Assembly (NCBI GenBank): GCA_964657565.1
Contig: CAZZVQ010000009.1
Span: 15,380-79,379, forward strand
DNA: 64,000 bases
Direction of reading: 5' to 3'
Source: an uncultured Acetobacteraceae bacterium
GTDB lineage: Bacteria > Pseudomonadota > Alphaproteobacteria > Acetobacterales > Acetobacteraceae
The notes under the pieces were generated by a model. That model had not been told where the DNA came from, searched no databases, and was given only the letters and a program-made list of their open reading frames with translations. Within the stretch, counting starts at the first letter, position 1. Every line of letters starts with the position of its first letter. Both the position numbers and the translations under genes were made by a program. Of this stretch, positions 38,625 to 49,804 are shown piece by piece.

Positions 38625-38704
38625 AGCACTCACGTGTGCCGAGAAAGCTTTGGCGGCGCGGGCCAGTGCTGGTATCGTCCAGAAAACCGGGGGGACAGAT
38701 TGGG

Positions 38705-39994
38705 ATGGACGACAGCAGAGTCGCGCGCTCGGCGATGCGGCGGATCGGGTTCCGATTGGTCCCGTTCCTCATCCTGGCCTATTTCATCTCGTTCGTTGAC
38801 CGCGTCAATGTTGGGTTCGCCGGCATCCAGATGCGGACCGACCTGGGGCTCACGGCGAGCGATTTCGGCTGGGGCGCCGGGATATTCTTCTTCGGCTACT
38901 TTCTGCTGGAGGTGCCGAGCAACCTGGCGCTGGAGCGGTTCGGCGCGCGGATCTGGATCGCGCGGATCATGGTGACGTGGGGGCTGCTGTCGTGCGCGAT
39001 GGCTTTCGTGCAGGGGACGACCTCGTTCATCGTCATGCGGTTCCTGCTGGGGGCGGCGGAGGCCGGGTTCTTCCCGGGGGTCATTCTGTACCTCACCTAC
39101 TGGTTCCCGACGCAATACCGGGCGCGGATCGTGGGGTTCTTCATGATCGCGATCCCGATCTCGTCGTTCATCGGCTCGCCGATCTCGGGGGCGTTGCTGA
39201 ACGTGAGCGGGTGGGGGCTGAAGGGCTGGCAGTGGTTGTTCATGCTCGAAGGGGTGCCGGCGCTGCTGCTCGCGGTGGCGACGCCATTCGTGCTGCCGAA
39301 CAAGCCGCGCGATGCCACCTGGCTACCGCCGGAGGAGCGGGCGTGGCTGGAGCGGACGCTCGCCGAGGAAGCCGCAAACATGAAACCGAAGACGCATCCA
39401 CGCTTGAGCGAGGTGCTGGCGGACCCGCGCGTGCTGTTGTTCGCGTTCATCTATTTCGGGTCGAGCGCGAGTTCGTATGGATTGTCGATCTGGACGCCGC
39501 AGATCATCAAGGAATACGGGCTGACCAACGTGCAGACCGGGTTGCTGAACTCGGTGCCGTATGGCCTGGCGTGCGTGGCGATGGTGCTGTGGGGACAGCA
39601 TAGCGATCGGACCGGCGAGCGACGGTGGCATCTGTCGCTGTCGTTCCTGCTGCTGGCGGTCGGGCTCGCGGGCGGGACGGTGCTGACCGGGCTGATGCCG
39701 CTGATCGGCGCGCTGACGCTGGCGGCGTGCGGCGTCTATATGCTCAAGGGGCCGTTCTGGGCGATGGCGACCGAGCAGATGCCGGCAGCCACGGCCGCCG
39801 CCAGCATCGCGGCGATCAACGCGGTGGGCAATCTGGGCGGGTTCGCCGGGCCGTTCGCGATCGGGTGGATCAAGGACTCGACGGGGAGCTTCACGCTCAG
39901 CCTGTTGCCGATGATCGTGTTCGGGCTGGTGTCGGCCGGGTTGGCGCTGATGGCCAAGCGCCATGTGGCGCGCGAGCCGGTGCCGGCGGAGTAG
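38705..39994 (+). CDS. MFS transporter (anion:cation symporter/phthalate-permease-like)
   Basis: The ATG at 38705 gives MDDSRVARSAMRRIGFRLVPFLILAYFISFVDRVNVGFAG, typical of ACS-family MFS transporters. It has about 12 TM segments. Confidence 0.85.
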   Translation: MDDSRVARSAMRRIGFRLVPFLILAYFISFVDRVNVGFAGIQMRTDLGLTASDFGWGAGIFFFGYFLLEVPSNLALERFGARIWIARIMVTWGLLSCAMAFVQGTTSFIVMRFLLGAAEAGFFPGVILYLTYWFPTQYRARIVGFFMIAIPISSFIGSPISGALLNVSGWGLKGWQWLFMLEGVPALLLAVATPFVLPNKPRDATWLPPEERAWLERTLAEEAANMKPKTHPRLSEVLADPRVLLFAFIYFGSSASSYGLSIWTPQIIKEYGLTNVQTGLLNSVPYGLACVAMVLWGQHSDRTGERRWHLSLSFLLLAVGLAGGTVLTGLMPLIGALTLAACGVYMLKGPFWAMATEQMPAATAAASIAAINAVGNLGGFAGPFAIGWIKDSTGSFTLSLLPMIVFGLVSAGLALMAKRHVAREPVPAE

Positions 39995-40489
39995 CTACCA
40001 GAAATCGCTGCCGGGGATGCCTTTGAACGGCCCGGCGACGGCAGAGGTGATCCAGCCGCCGTAGAAGCCGCCGGGCTGCGGGATCACCTGCTCGCCATCG
40101 ACGAGCACGGTGTCGAACGGGGCGGCGTAGAAGGCCAGATGATTCTCGATGGCGGCGAATTCGGGCGTCGGGTGCGGGTACGACCAGGCGACGTCGCGGA
40201 ACGTCTCTCCGGGCAGGACGACGTCGAAATAGGCTGCCTGACCCTTCCACTCGCACATCGAGCGGCGCGCGTTCGGGCGCAGGTAGCCGAGGGCGAGGTC
40301 GGCCGGTGGGATGTAGTAGCTCGGCGGATGGCTCGTCTCGAGCGTGCGGATGCAGTTCCGGCTATCGGCGATGGTGATCCCGCGATGAATGATCTGGATA
40401 TGGGCCGCGGTTGGCGCGGCTATGGCGGGGCGGGGATAGGCCCAGACGCTCTCTTGCGTAGGGCTGGGCTGGTCAGGCGCTGGATGCAT
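39995..40489 (-). CDS. DUF427 domain protein
   Basis: The segment ESVWAYPRPA...TLETSHPPSYYIPPADL...CEWKGQAAYFDV matches my recollection of DUF427. Confidence 0.8.
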   Translation of the reverse strand: MHPAPDQPSPTQESVWAYPRPAIAAPTAAHIQIIHRGITIADSRNCIRTLETSHPPSYYIPPADLALGYLRPNARRSMCEWKGQAAYFDVVLPGETFRDVAWSYPHPTPEFAAIENHLAFYAAPFDTVLVDGEQVIPQPGGFYGGWITSAVAGPFKGIPGSDFW

Positions 40490-40495
40490 CGTCGA

Positions 40496-41836
40496 TCAGA
40501 TAGGGTGTGAAGTGCGCTTCAGGAAGCGCTTGGTCAGCAGAATGGCGGCCGCGATGAGCCCGGCCGCGAGCCCGCACCAGGCTCCGGCCGGTCCGAGGCC
40601 GGTGTGGAGCGTGAGGACCCAGGCGGCCGGGAAGCCGATCGCCCAATAGCTGATGGCGGCCAGCGCGAAGGGGGTGCGGGCGTCGCCCAGGCCGCGCAGC
40701 GCGCCCGCGGCGACGCACTGGGTGCCGTCGGCGATCTGAAACAGGGCGGCCACGCGGAGCAGGGCGGTGGCGATCGCGGCGGCTGGGATGGCCGGGTCCA
40801 GAAAGAGGCTGACGACCTCGGCGGGTGCGACGAGGTTGATGGCGGCGAAGGCGATCTCGGCGGTGGCGCCGAGCGCGATCGCGACGCTGCCGGCACGGCG
40901 TGCAGCGAGGCGGTCGCCTGCGCCGACCGCGTGGCCGACGCGGACGTTGGCGGCTTGCGAGATGCCGAGCGGGATCATGAACGCGACCGAGATAGTGACG
41001 AGGGCGACTTGCTGCGCCGCCAGCGCGTCCGGGCCGAGCAGGCCGATCAGCAGGGCCACGGCGAGGAAGAGGGTGTGTTCGACGGCGAAGGTGGCACTGA
41101 TCGGGATACCGAGGCGGAGCAGGGCGGCCAGGTCGGAGAGGCGGGGCGCGGTGCGGGTGACGAAGGCGCGGCGGGCGCCGGTATGGCTGAAGGCGGTCAG
41201 GGCGGCAGCGATGACGGTCGTGACGATGGCGGTGGCGACGGCCGGGCCGAGGAAGCCGAGCGCGGGAAGGCCGAATTCGCCGTGGATGAGGGCGTAGCAG
41301 AGCACCGCGTTGAGGAGGGTGCCAGCAGCGGTGACGGGGAAGATGATCCAGCCGGCATCGATGGCGGGGAGAAAGGCGCGTTGGAGGCCGAGGCCGATCA
41401 TCGCGCCGGGGATGGACGCTTGCAGCAAGGCGAGAAACTGGCCGGCGGCATGGGCGAGGGTGGGGGGTTCGCCGATGGCGAGGAGGAAGGTCTCGCCACC
41501 CTCGAAGAGCAGGAAGGCGGGGAGCATGAGCAGGACGGCGAGGAGCATGCCGGTCCAGTACAAGCCGGGGATCGCGGCTTGACGGCCGGCGCCGCGGGCT
41601 TGGGCGACGAGGGCGCTGAGGGCGGCAAGGGCTCCCTGCAGGATGACGAGGGTGCCGATCTCGAGCGACGTGGCGAGGCCGCCGGCGGCGAGGGCATCCG
41701 GGCCGAGCGCGCCGAGGAAGGCGGTGTCGGTGACGCCCATCGCCATTTGGGCGAGCTGGGCGGCGGCCAAGGGGAGGCCGAGGCGGAGGGTTTCGGCGAT
41801 GTCGTGGATGCGGTGGTGCTGCGTCGAGACGCTCAA
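40496..41836 (-). CDS. MATE-family efflux transporter
   Basis: 446 aa with 12 TM segments. The N-terminal LRLGLPLAAAQLAQMAMGVTDTAFLG is typical of the NorM/MATE family. Confidence 0.85.
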   Translation of the reverse strand: MSVSTQHHRIHDIAETLRLGLPLAAAQLAQMAMGVTDTAFLGALGPDALAAGGLATSLEIGTLVILQGALAALSALVAQARGAGRQAAIPGLYWTGMLLAVLLMLPAFLLFEGGETFLLAIGEPPTLAHAAGQFLALLQASIPGAMIGLGLQRAFLPAIDAGWIIFPVTAAGTLLNAVLCYALIHGEFGLPALGFLGPAVATAIVTTVIAAALTAFSHTGARRAFVTRTAPRLSDLAALLRLGIPISATFAVEHTLFLAVALLIGLLGPDALAAQQVALVTISVAFMIPLGISQAANVRVGHAVGAGDRLAARRAGSVAIALGATAEIAFAAINLVAPAEVVSLFLDPAIPAAAIATALLRVAALFQIADGTQCVAAGALRGLGDARTPFALAAISYWAIGFPAAWVLTLHTGLGPAGAWCGLAAGLIAAAILLTKRFLKRTSHPI

Positions 41837-42049
41837 TGTGTCAAAGCCTTCTGCCGGAGGGCAATCCTCGTGGTGCTGAGATGAACCTGCGCTCCAGGAT
41901 CGGCGCCCGCAGCGGCCGGCCAGCCCGAGCGGCTTGCCCCCCTAATTGGTTGGCTGACGACTTCTCCGGTGTTTACCGCATCTTAATCCCTCCGGGTGCA
42001 TCTACTTGATCCCAGGAGAGGGTGACGATCACCCGCTCGCCGGAGCCCG

Positions 42050-43897
42050 ATGCGTTTGTCACTGCGAAAGTTTGTCGCCTCATTGTCTAAGCCCATCTCG
42101 CGCTGCGGCATCTCGGCACGAATAGCTCTGCTGGGGTTTATGATCGTTGCCGCCACGGTCACGACGACGACCTGGATCGTGCTGCAGGGGTTCGAACAGG
42201 CGTTGATGGAACGGGCGCAGCTGCAACTCGAACTCAACTTGAACCTTGCGCGTGCGATGTTGCACAGCCACGGGGGCGACGGTCCGGTCCGGCTTGTGGA
42301 CAACCACTTGGTCGCCGCGAATGGCCTGATATTGGACGACAGCGTGAAAGTGGTCGACGCGGTACGCGACATCGCCGGGGGAACCGCGACCATCTTCCGT
42401 GGCGACCTGCGGGTCAGTACCAACGTCTCCAGACCCGACGGCTCGCGCGCTGTCGGCACCAAGCTCGCGGCGGGTCCGGCCTATGACACCGTCCTGAAGG
42501 ATGGTCGCACGTACCGCGGCGAAGCTGACATCCTGGGTGCTCGATATTTCACGGTCTATGATCCAATCCGTGATGCTACCGGTTCGGTCATCGGCATCCT
42601 CTACGTGGGCGTGAAGGAATCCGACTTCTTCGGATCCGTCGCCACCGTCGAGCGTATGGCCGAGTTGGCCGGCGGCGGGCTGGCCATCCTTGGCGGTGCG
42701 TTGCTGTTGCTGGTCGTTTGGCGGACCATGCGTCCGTTGAAGGGGCTGCAGCAAGCCATCCTCGCGCTGGGCCGCGGTCGTCTGGATGTCGAGATTCCCG
42801 CGCTCGACAAGGCCGGTGAGATCGGCACGATGGCGCGTGCGATCAAAGCGCTGAAGGATGCAGCGTGCGACAGACATCGGCTAGAGGCTCAAGAGGCGCT
42901 GCTTCGCGCTGATCACGAAACCGCAACGTCAGCCGACGCCGCTGTCAAGCTCGCCGTCATCCAGTCTCTTACGGATGGTCTGGCACGCTTGTGCGCTGGA
43001 AATCTGCGCCATCTTCTTGACAGTCCGTTCCATCCGGACTTCGAGGGGCTCCGCACCGATTACAACCGCGCCGTCGAGCAACTTTGCCAGACCCTAGTCG
43101 CAATCCGGGGGAACGCGCAGATGATCCGCTCGAGCACGTCGAACATCGCTCGTGCGGCGAGCAACCTGTCGCAACGGACCGATCAACAAGCCACCAGCAT
43201 CGCCGAAACAGTATCGACACTCGGCGCGATCACGACCACCACCAAGAATACGGCGACCGCAGCCGGCGACGCCCGCGAGATCGTGGGCCGTGCCAAAGCC
43301 GAGGCCGAGCAATCCGCCACGATCGTTCAGGAAACCGTCGCTGCCATGGGTCAGATCGAGCACTCCTCGCGGCAGGTGGGCCAGATCATCTCTGTCATCG
43401 ACGAAATCGCATTCCAGACCAACTTGCTCGCTCTCAACGCAGGGGTCGAGGCGGCCCGGGCCGGCGAGGCCGGGCGCGGCTTCGCTGTGGTCGCGAGCGA
43501 GGTTCGTGCGTTGGCCCAACGCTCGGCGCAGGCCGCCAGAGAAATTAAGGCGCTGATTGGCACCTCGAACGTACAGGTCAGTGCCGGCGTCAAGCTTGTT
43601 GCGGCGACTGGTCAAGCGCTGGAGCGAATTGCCGCGCATGTCAGCGAGATCAACTCGGTGATGTCGAACATCGCTCGATCGGCCCAGGGTCAAGCGACCG
43701 GCTTGCAGGAACTGAGTACCGTGATCGCCGCTATAGACGGCTTCACTCGACAGAACGCCGCCATGGCCGAGGAGAGCACGCAGGCATCCCACGCGCTGTC
43801 CTGTGAAACCGATGCGCTGGCGGATTTGATCAACCGGTTTCAGCTCGACCCCAAGGCGGGAAGGTACGATCGCGCCCAACTCGCCGCCGCGGAATAA
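42050..43897 (+). CDS. Methyl-accepting chemotaxis protein (TM, Cache-like sensor, HAMP, MA domain)
   Basis: It carries the conserved signalling hairpin [42 protein letters not shown] periplasmic segment with [23 protein letters not shown] is Cache-like. Confidence 0.9.
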   Translation: MRLSLRKFVASLSKPISRCGISARIALLGFMIVAATVTTTTWIVLQGFEQALMERAQLQLELNLNLARAMLHSHGGDGPVRLVDNHLVAANGLILDDSVKVVDAVRDIAGGTATIFRGDLRVSTNVSRPDGSRAVGTKLAAGPAYDTVLKDGRTYRGEADILGARYFTVYDPIRDATGSVIGILYVGVKESDFFGSVATVERMAELAGGGLAILGGALLLLVVWRTMRPLKGLQQAILALGRGRLDVEIPALDKAGEIGTMARAIKALKDAACDRHRLEAQEALLRADHETATSADAAVKLAVIQSLTDGLARLCAGNLRHLLDSPFHPDFEGLRTDYNRAVEQLCQTLVAIRGNAQMIRSSTSNIARAASNLSQRTDQQATSIAETVSTLGAITTTTKNTATAAGDAREIVGRAKAEAEQSATIVQETVAAMGQIEHSSRQVGQIISVIDEIAFQTNLLALNAGVEAARAGEAGRGFAVVASEVRALAQRSAQAAREIKALIGTSNVQVSAGVKLVAATGQALERIAAHVSEINSVMSNIARSAQGQATGLQELSTVIAAIDGFTRQNAAMAEESTQASHALSCETDALADLINRFQLDPKAGRYDRAQLAAAE

Positions 43898-43910
43898 ACG
43901 ATCCGCACTA

Positions 43911-46900
43911 TCAGGCGGCCTTGGCCTCGTTGGCGAGGCGGTTGAGGTTGGAGAGGACGTCGCGGCCGAGCTTCATGCGGTCGGCGACGCCCATGTCGCG
44001 GACGAGTGCGAGTTTGTGGTCGGGGCGGAGCTTTATTTGATGCTTGGAGCGGCCCAGCCAGGCGATCAGGCCGGCCGGGTTGCGGAAGGCGTTGCCGCGG
44101 AATTGCAGCACCATGCCCTTGGGACCCGCCTCGAGCTTCTCGACGCCGGCCTCGCGGCACATGCGCTTGAGCGCGACGACCTGGAGCAGGTTCTCGACCT
44201 CGGGCGGCATCTTGCCGAAGCGGTCGACCAGCTCGGCCGCCATGGCTTCACTCTCGGCGTCCGAGGCCAGGGTGCCGATGCGGCGGTACAGGCCGAGCCG
44301 CACCGGCAGGTCGGCGACGTAGGTGTCGGGGATGAGGACGGGCAGGCCGAGCTGGATGTTGGGCGTCCAATCGCGGTCGTCGGCCTTCTTGCGCCCCTTC
44401 TCGGCGCGCATCTCCACCACGGCATCCTCCAGCATCTGCTGGTACAGTTCGATCCCGACCTCGCGGATGTGCCCGCTCTGCTCGTCGCCGAGCAGGTTGC
44501 CGGCGCCGCGGATGTCGAGGTCGTGCGAGGCCAGGGTGAACCCGGCGCCGAGCTGGTCGAGCGTCTGCATCACGTCGAGCCGCTTTTCGGCCGCCGCCGA
44601 CAGCCGGTGGTTGGTCGGCCAGGTCAGGTAGGCGTACCCCCGCTGCTTGCCACGGCCGACCCGGCCCCGAAGCTGATACAGCTGGCCCAAGCCGAACATG
44701 TCGGCGCGGTAGATCACGAGCGTGTTGACCGACGGGATGTCGAGGCCGCTCTCGACGATATTGGTCGAGAGCAGGATGTCATACTTGCCGTCGCTGAACT
44801 CGGTCATCACGCGCTCGAGCTCGGTCGGCGCGAGGCGGCCATGGGCTTGCACCATGCGCGCCTCCGGCACGATCCCGCGCAAGCGTTCGGCCATGCGGTC
44901 CATGTCCTCGATGCGCGGGACCACGCAGAACACCTGGCCACCGCGGAAGCGCTCGCGCTGGATGGCTTCGCGGATGATGACGCTGTCGAACGGCGAGATG
45001 AAGGTGCGCACGGCGAGCCGGTCGACCGGCGGGGTGGCGATCAGGCTCATCTCGCGCACGCCGGTCAGCGCGAGCTGCAGTGTGCGCGGAATCGGGGTGG
45101 CGGTCAGGGTCAGGACGTGGACGTCGGCCTTGAGCTGCTTGAGCTTTTCTTTGTGCGAGACGCCGAAATGCTGCTCTTCGTCGACGATCAGCAGTTCGAG
45201 CCCGGCGAACTCGATGCCCTTGGCCAGGATCGCGTGGGTGCCGACGACGATGTTGACGCTGCCATCGGCCAGGCCGCGCTTGGTCTCGGCGGCCTCCTTG
45301 GCGGTGACCATGCGGGAGAGCTGGGCGATCTTGATCGGCAACCCGGCGAACCGCGCCGCGAAGGTTCGCGTGTGCTGCCGCGCCAGCAGCGTGGTCGGCA
45401 CCACCACGGCGACCTGGGCCCCGGACATGGCAGCGACGAAGGCGGCCCGCAGCGCGACCTCGGTCTTGCCGAAGCCGACGTCGCCGCAGACGAGGCGGTC
45501 CATCGGGCGGCCGGAGGCGAGATCTTCCAGCACGTCGGAGATGGCGCGCATCTGGTCCTCGGTCTCGGCGAACGGGAACCGCGCAACGAACTCCTGCCAC
45601 TCGCCATCCGGCGGCGCCAGCAGCGGCGCCTCGCGGACCCGGCGCGCGGCGGCGACGCGGATGAGCTCGCCGGCCATGTCGCGGATGCGCTGCTTCATCC
45701 GCGCCTTGCGGGTCTGCCAGCCGGCGCCGCCGAGCTTGTCCAGCGCAACCCCGTTGCCCTCGCCGAAGCGCGACAGCAGCTCGATATTCTCTACCGGCAG
45801 GTACAGCTTCTCGTTGCCGTCGTAGATCAGCCGCAGGCAGTCGTGCGGCGCCGGGCCGACGCGCAGGGTCTCGAGGCCGTCGTAGCGGCCAATGCCATAT
45901 TCCTGGTGCACGACGAGGTCGCCCTCGGCGATCTCGGTGGCCTCGGCGATGAACTGGTCGGCGCGCTTGCGGCGGCGGGGCGGGCGGCTGATCCGCTCGC
46001 CGAGCAGGTCCTGCTCGCCGATGATCGCGATATCGCCCGCGACGAAGCCGCGTTCGAGGCCGAGCGTGATGATGGCGGGGGTCTTGGGCGGCTGGCGGAG
46101 CGCGTCGGCCCAGGTATCGACCGGCTCGACCGGGACGTAGTTCTCGCGCAGCAGATGGGTGATGCGTTCGCGCGAGCCGCGGGTCCAGGCGGCGATCACG
46201 GTACGGCGCTTCTGGGACGCCGAGCCCGTCACCTGCGCCTTCAGCTGGCTGAACATGGTCTCCCCGACCCCGGTGCCCGCCTTGGTGAACACGGGGCCGG
46301 GCCGGCCGCCAGCGTCGATCCCGGGGGCGCCCTCGGGTTGCGCGTAGGGGCTGAAGATGGTGCTGGGGCCCATTGCCAGGATGAAGTCCCAGTCGTCGCG
46401 GTCGAGGTAGAGGCGTTCCTTGGCCAGCGGACGGTAGGGCACTTCGCCGTCGCGGGCCGGGGTGCGGCGGGCCTCCTCGTGGTCGGCGATCATGTCGAGG
46501 CGGGCGTCGAGGACTTCGCCGGATTGATGGTCCAGGCTGACGAAGGCGTCCTCGGTGTAGTCGAGCAGGGTCTCCATGCGCTCGTGGAACAGCGGCGCCC
46601 AGTGCTCGATGCCGGGGTAGCGGCGGCCTTCGGAGACGGATTGGTAGAGCGGATCGTTGGCGGCGCCGGGTCCGAACAACTCGCGCCAGGCTTCGCGGAA
46701 GCGGGTGATGCTCGCCTTGTCGTGCGGCACCTCGGAGACGGGGCGGAGGATCAGCTCGGTGAGCTTGGTGGTGCTGCGCTGCGAGGTCGGGTCGAAGCGG
46801 CGGAGGCTTTCGATGGTGTCGCCGAACAGGTCGACGCGGACGGGTTCGGGCTCGCCGGCGGGGAACAGGTCGAGGATGCCGCCGCGGGTGGCGTATTCGC

Positions 46901-47345
46901 CGGGCTCCATGACGGTGCCGGCGCGGTTGTAGCCGTTGGCTTCGAGGAACGCGGTGATCTGGCCCAACGGAGCGTCGTCGCCGGTGCGCAGCGTCATGGC
47001 GGCACCGCGGAAGGCGTCGCGGGGCGGCACGCGTTGGACCAGGGCGTTGACGGTGGTGAGGATGATGCGGGGCTTCGTGCCGGGCTCGATCAGGCGGGCG
47101 AGCGTGGCGATGCGCTCGGAGACGATCTCGGCGTTGGGCGAGACCCGGTCGTACGGGAGGCAGTCCCAGGCGGGGAAGCGCAGGATGTCGATGCCGGGGG
47201 CGAAGACGGCGAGGGCTTCGGCCAGCCGGGCCATGCGGGCATCGTCGCGGGCGACGTGGACGATGCTGCCCTTATGCTCGGCGCGGCGGCGGGCGAGGAG
47301 CAGCGCGTCGAAGCCTTCCGGGGCGCCGTAGACGATCGCGGTCAC
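43911..47345 (-). CDS. mfd: Transcription-repair coupling factor
   Basis: 1144 aa from the GTG at 47345, which overlaps the sdhE stop (GTGA). It has helicase motifs (GDVGFGKTEVALRAAF, DEEQHFG), a CarD-like region (VVHQEYGIGRYDGL) and a TRCF C-terminal domain. Confidence 0.95.
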   Translation of the reverse strand: MTAIVYGAPEGFDALLLARRRAEHKGSIVHVARDDARMARLAEALAVFAPGIDILRFPAWDCLPYDRVSPNAEIVSERIATLARLIEPGTKPRIILTTVNALVQRVPPRDAFRGAAMTLRTGDDAPLGQITAFLEANGYNRAGTVMEPGEYATRGGILDLFPAGEPEPVRVDLFGDTIESLRRFDPTSQRSTTKLTELILRPVSEVPHDKASITRFREAWRELFGPGAANDPLYQSVSEGRRYPGIEHWAPLFHERMETLLDYTEDAFVSLDHQSGEVLDARLDMIADHEEARRTPARDGEVPYRPLAKERLYLDRDDWDFILAMGPSTIFSPYAQPEGAPGIDAGGRPGPVFTKAGTGVGETMFSQLKAQVTGSASQKRRTVIAAWTRGSRERITHLLRENYVPVEPVDTWADALRQPPKTPAIITLGLERGFVAGDIAIIGEQDLLGERISRPPRRRKRADQFIAEATEIAEGDLVVHQEYGIGRYDGLETLRVGPAPHDCLRLIYDGNEKLYLPVENIELLSRFGEGNGVALDKLGGAGWQTRKARMKQRIRDMAGELIRVAAARRVREAPLLAPPDGEWQEFVARFPFAETEDQMRAISDVLEDLASGRPMDRLVCGDVGFGKTEVALRAAFVAAMSGAQVAVVVPTTLLARQHTRTFAARFAGLPIKIAQLSRMVTAKEAAETKRGLADGSVNIVVGTHAILAKGIEFAGLELLIVDEEQHFGVSHKEKLKQLKADVHVLTLTATPIPRTLQLALTGVREMSLIATPPVDRLAVRTFISPFDSVIIREAIQRERFRGGQVFCVVPRIEDMDRMAERLRGIVPEARMVQAHGRLAPTELERVMTEFSDGKYDILLSTNIVESGLDIPSVNTLVIYRADMFGLGQLYQLRGRVGRGKQRGYAYLTWPTNHRLSAAAEKRLDVMQTLDQLGAGFTLASHDLDIRGAGNLLGDEQSGHIREVGIELYQQMLEDAVVEMRAEKGRKKADDRDWTPNIQLGLPVLIPDTYVADLPVRLGLYRRIGTLASDAESEAMAAELVDRFGKMPPEVENLLQVVALKRMCREAGVEKLEAGPKGMVLQFRGNAFRNPAGLIAWLGRSKHQIKLRPDHKLALVRDMGVADRMKLGRDVLSNLNRLANEAKAA

Positions 47346-47617
47346 AGGATGCGGGCCTCGCCGTTGAGGGCGGCGTCGCGCATCTGCCGTAAAAGTACGC
47401 AGTCGACGTCGGCCGGGATGGGCTGCCGGCCGGTGAGCCAATCCGCCAGCACCACTTCGGGATGGTCCATCACGCGCTCGAGCTCGTCCATCTCCGCCTC
47501 GGTAAAGCCGTCGAGTCGCGCGCGGACGAAGCGTCCGATGAGGATGTCGTTCTCGTACGTGCCGCGATGGGTGGCGCGGAACAGGATGCGGCGGCGCCTA
47601 GACTCTGTATCGGACAA
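47342..47617 (-). CDS. sdhE: Succinate dehydrogenase flavinylation/assembly factor 2 (SdhE, DUF339)
   Basis: 91 aa with a TTG start. The segment RRILFRATHRGTYENDILIGRF...EAEMDELERVM matches the SdhE/Sdh5 family pattern. Confidence 0.8.
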   Translation of the reverse strand: MSDTESRRRRILFRATHRGTYENDILIGRFVRARLDGFTEAEMDELERVMDHPEVVLADWLTGRQPIPADVDCVLLRQMRDAALNGEARIL

Positions 47618-47712
47618 GCACGGTGACTTTCGCTTCAGGCTGCAGTGTGTTTAGGGCGCTCATATAAGAGGGGGCAATCGACCTGTCAGCCGCGGCTTCC
47701 ACACTTAACCCG

Positions 47713-49740
47713 TTGTTCGCCGATCTCACGAGCTTGCGCGGCGTCGGCCCGGCGCTGGCGGCCAAGATCGCGCGGGTGGCCGGCGGCGAGCGCGTGCTGG
47801 ACCTGCTGTTCCATATGCCGGACGGCTACCTCGACCGGTCGCTGATGCCGCTGATGGCGGACGCGCCGGAGGGGGCGATCGTGACGCTGCTGGTCGAAGT
47901 GGTCGCGATCGAGGAAGGGCGGGCGCCGCGGCCCTGGAAGGTGATCGTCCGCGACCGCTCGGGCTTCGGCGAGATCGCGTTCTTCGGACGGCGGCCGCCG
48001 GCGGCGTTCAAGCTGGGCGCCGGGCTGGCGGTGTCGGGCAAGATCGAGCGGTTCAACGGGCGGGTGCAGTTGCGCAACCCGGAGCGGGTGGCGCCGGCGG
48101 AGCAGGCCGGGGCGGTGGCCGGGCTGGAGCCGGTCTGGCCGCTGACGGCCGGGCTGTTCCCGGGGCAGATCCGCGGCGCCATGCGGCAGGCGGTGGCGAC
48201 CGTGCCGGAGTTGCCGGAGTGGCACGAGCGGAGCTTGTTGGCGCGGGAACGCTGGCCGGCCTTCCGCGACGCGCTGCTGGCGGTGCAGCTGCCGACGACG
48301 ATGCCCGACCCGGCGGCCCGGCAGCGCCTGGCCTATGACGAGGTGCTGGCGCAGCAATTGGCGCTGGGCTGGGCCCGGCAGCGGGAGCGCAAGCGGCCCG
48401 GCCGCGCGATCGGGGGCAACGGCCGGCTGCGGGACGAGGCGCTGCGGCGCTTCGGCTTCGCCATGACGCCGGCGCAGGCCGACGCGCTGGCCGAGATCGA
48501 CGGCGACCTCGGCCAGCCCACGCGGATGCTGCGGCTGCTGCAGGGCGATGTGGGGTCGGGCAAGACGCTGGTGGCGCTGATGGCGATGCTGCTGGTGGCA
48601 GAGGCCGGGCTGCAGGCGGCGCTGATGGCGCCGACCGAGCTGCTGGCCAAGCAGCATTTCCGCACGATCTCGGCGCTGTCGCCGGTGCCGGTGGTATTGC
48701 TGACCGGGTCGGTGAAGGGGGCGGAGCGGCGGACCGCGCTGGAAGGGATCGGCTCCGGCCGGTTCCCGCTGGTGGTCGGCACGCACGCGCTGTTCCAGGA
48801 CGCGGTGACGTATCGCGACCTCGGCCTCGCGGTGATCGACGAGCAGCACCGGTTCGGGGTCGAGCAGCGGCTGCAACTCGGCGGCAAGGGGGCGCGGACC
48901 GACGTGCTGGTGATGACGGCGACGCCGATCCCGCGCACGCTGCTGCTGACGCAATGGGGCGAGATGGCGGTCAGCCGCCTGCGCGGCAAGCCCGGCGGTC
49001 GCCGCGCCATCCGCACCACGATCCACTCGCTGGCGACGTTCGCGACCGTGCTGGACGGGATCGAGCGCGCGCTCGGGCGGGGCGAGCAGGTGTATTGGGT
49101 CTGCCCGCTGGTGTCCGAGAGCGAGGTGCTGGACGTGGCGGCGGCCGAAGAGCGGTTCGCGCTGTTGCGCGAGCGGTTTGGGGGCCAGGTCGGGCTGGCG
49201 CATGGGCGGCAAGACGCGGCGTTGCGGGATGCGGCGCTCGGCGAGTTTGCGGCCGGACGAGTCAGGCTGCTGGTGGCGACGACGGTGGTCGAGGTGGGTG
49301 TCGATGTGCCGGCGGCCACCGTGATGGTGATCGAGCATGCCGAGCGGTTCGGCCTGGCGCAGTTGCATCAGCTGCGCGGCCGGGTCGGGCGGGGCAGCGC
49401 GCAGAGCTTCTGCCTGCTGCTGCACGATGACGGGCTGAGCGAGACGATGCGACGGCGGTTGGTGCTGCTGCGGGACACCGAAGACGGGTTCGTCATCGCC
49501 GACGAAGATTTCCGCATCCGCGGCGGCGGCGACGGGCTGGGGACCCGGCAGAGCGGGCTCCCCGGGTTCAAGCTAGCCGATGCGGAGCAGCAGGAGCGGC
49601 TGCTGGAGATCGCGCATCAGGATGCGGCGATGCTGCTGGAGCGCGACCCGCGGCTAGAGGGGGAGCGGGGACAGGCGGTGCGGGTGCTGATGCGGCTGTT
49701 CGAAAGGAAAGAGGCGGTGCAGACGCTCGCGGCGGGGTAG
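47713..49740 (+). CDS. recG: ATP-dependent DNA helicase RecG
   Basis: It has the wedge/OB region, helicase motifs (LLQGDVGSGKTLVA, DEQHRFGV, MTATPIPRT) and QLHQLRGRVGRG. The TTG start is uncertain. Confidence 0.95.
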   Translation: MFADLTSLRGVGPALAAKIARVAGGERVLDLLFHMPDGYLDRSLMPLMADAPEGAIVTLLVEVVAIEEGRAPRPWKVIVRDRSGFGEIAFFGRRPPAAFKLGAGLAVSGKIERFNGRVQLRNPERVAPAEQAGAVAGLEPVWPLTAGLFPGQIRGAMRQAVATVPELPEWHERSLLARERWPAFRDALLAVQLPTTMPDPAARQRLAYDEVLAQQLALGWARQRERKRPGRAIGGNGRLRDEALRRFGFAMTPAQADALAEIDGDLGQPTRMLRLLQGDVGSGKTLVALMAMLLVAEAGLQAALMAPTELLAKQHFRTISALSPVPVVLLTGSVKGAERRTALEGIGSGRFPLVVGTHALFQDAVTYRDLGLAVIDEQHRFGVEQRLQLGGKGARTDVLVMTATPIPRTLLLTQWGEMAVSRLRGKPGGRRAIRTTIHSLATFATVLDGIERALGRGEQVYWVCPLVSESEVLDVAAAEERFALLRERFGGQVGLAHGRQDAALRDAALGEFAAGRVRLLVATTVVEVGVDVPAATVMVIEHAERFGLAQLHQLRGRVGRGSAQSFCLLLHDDGLSETMRRRLVLLRDTEDGFVIADEDFRIRGGGDGLGTRQSGLPGFKLADAEQQERLLEIAHQDAAMLLERDPRLEGERGQAVRVLMRLFERKEAVQTLAAG

Positions 49741-49804
49741 ATCCGGGGATGGCAAAAATTGCCAAAAAATGTCATGCTCAGGGGCAGTCACGCTGGGAAG
49801 TCCA

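Noticed and set aside
44016-47654. 1212-aa ORF on the + strand
   Set aside because: It is entirely antisense to mfd and sdhE, whose products carry unmistakable motifs. The translation is Arg/Gly/Ala/Asp-rich low complexity, typical of shadow ORFs in high-GC DNA.
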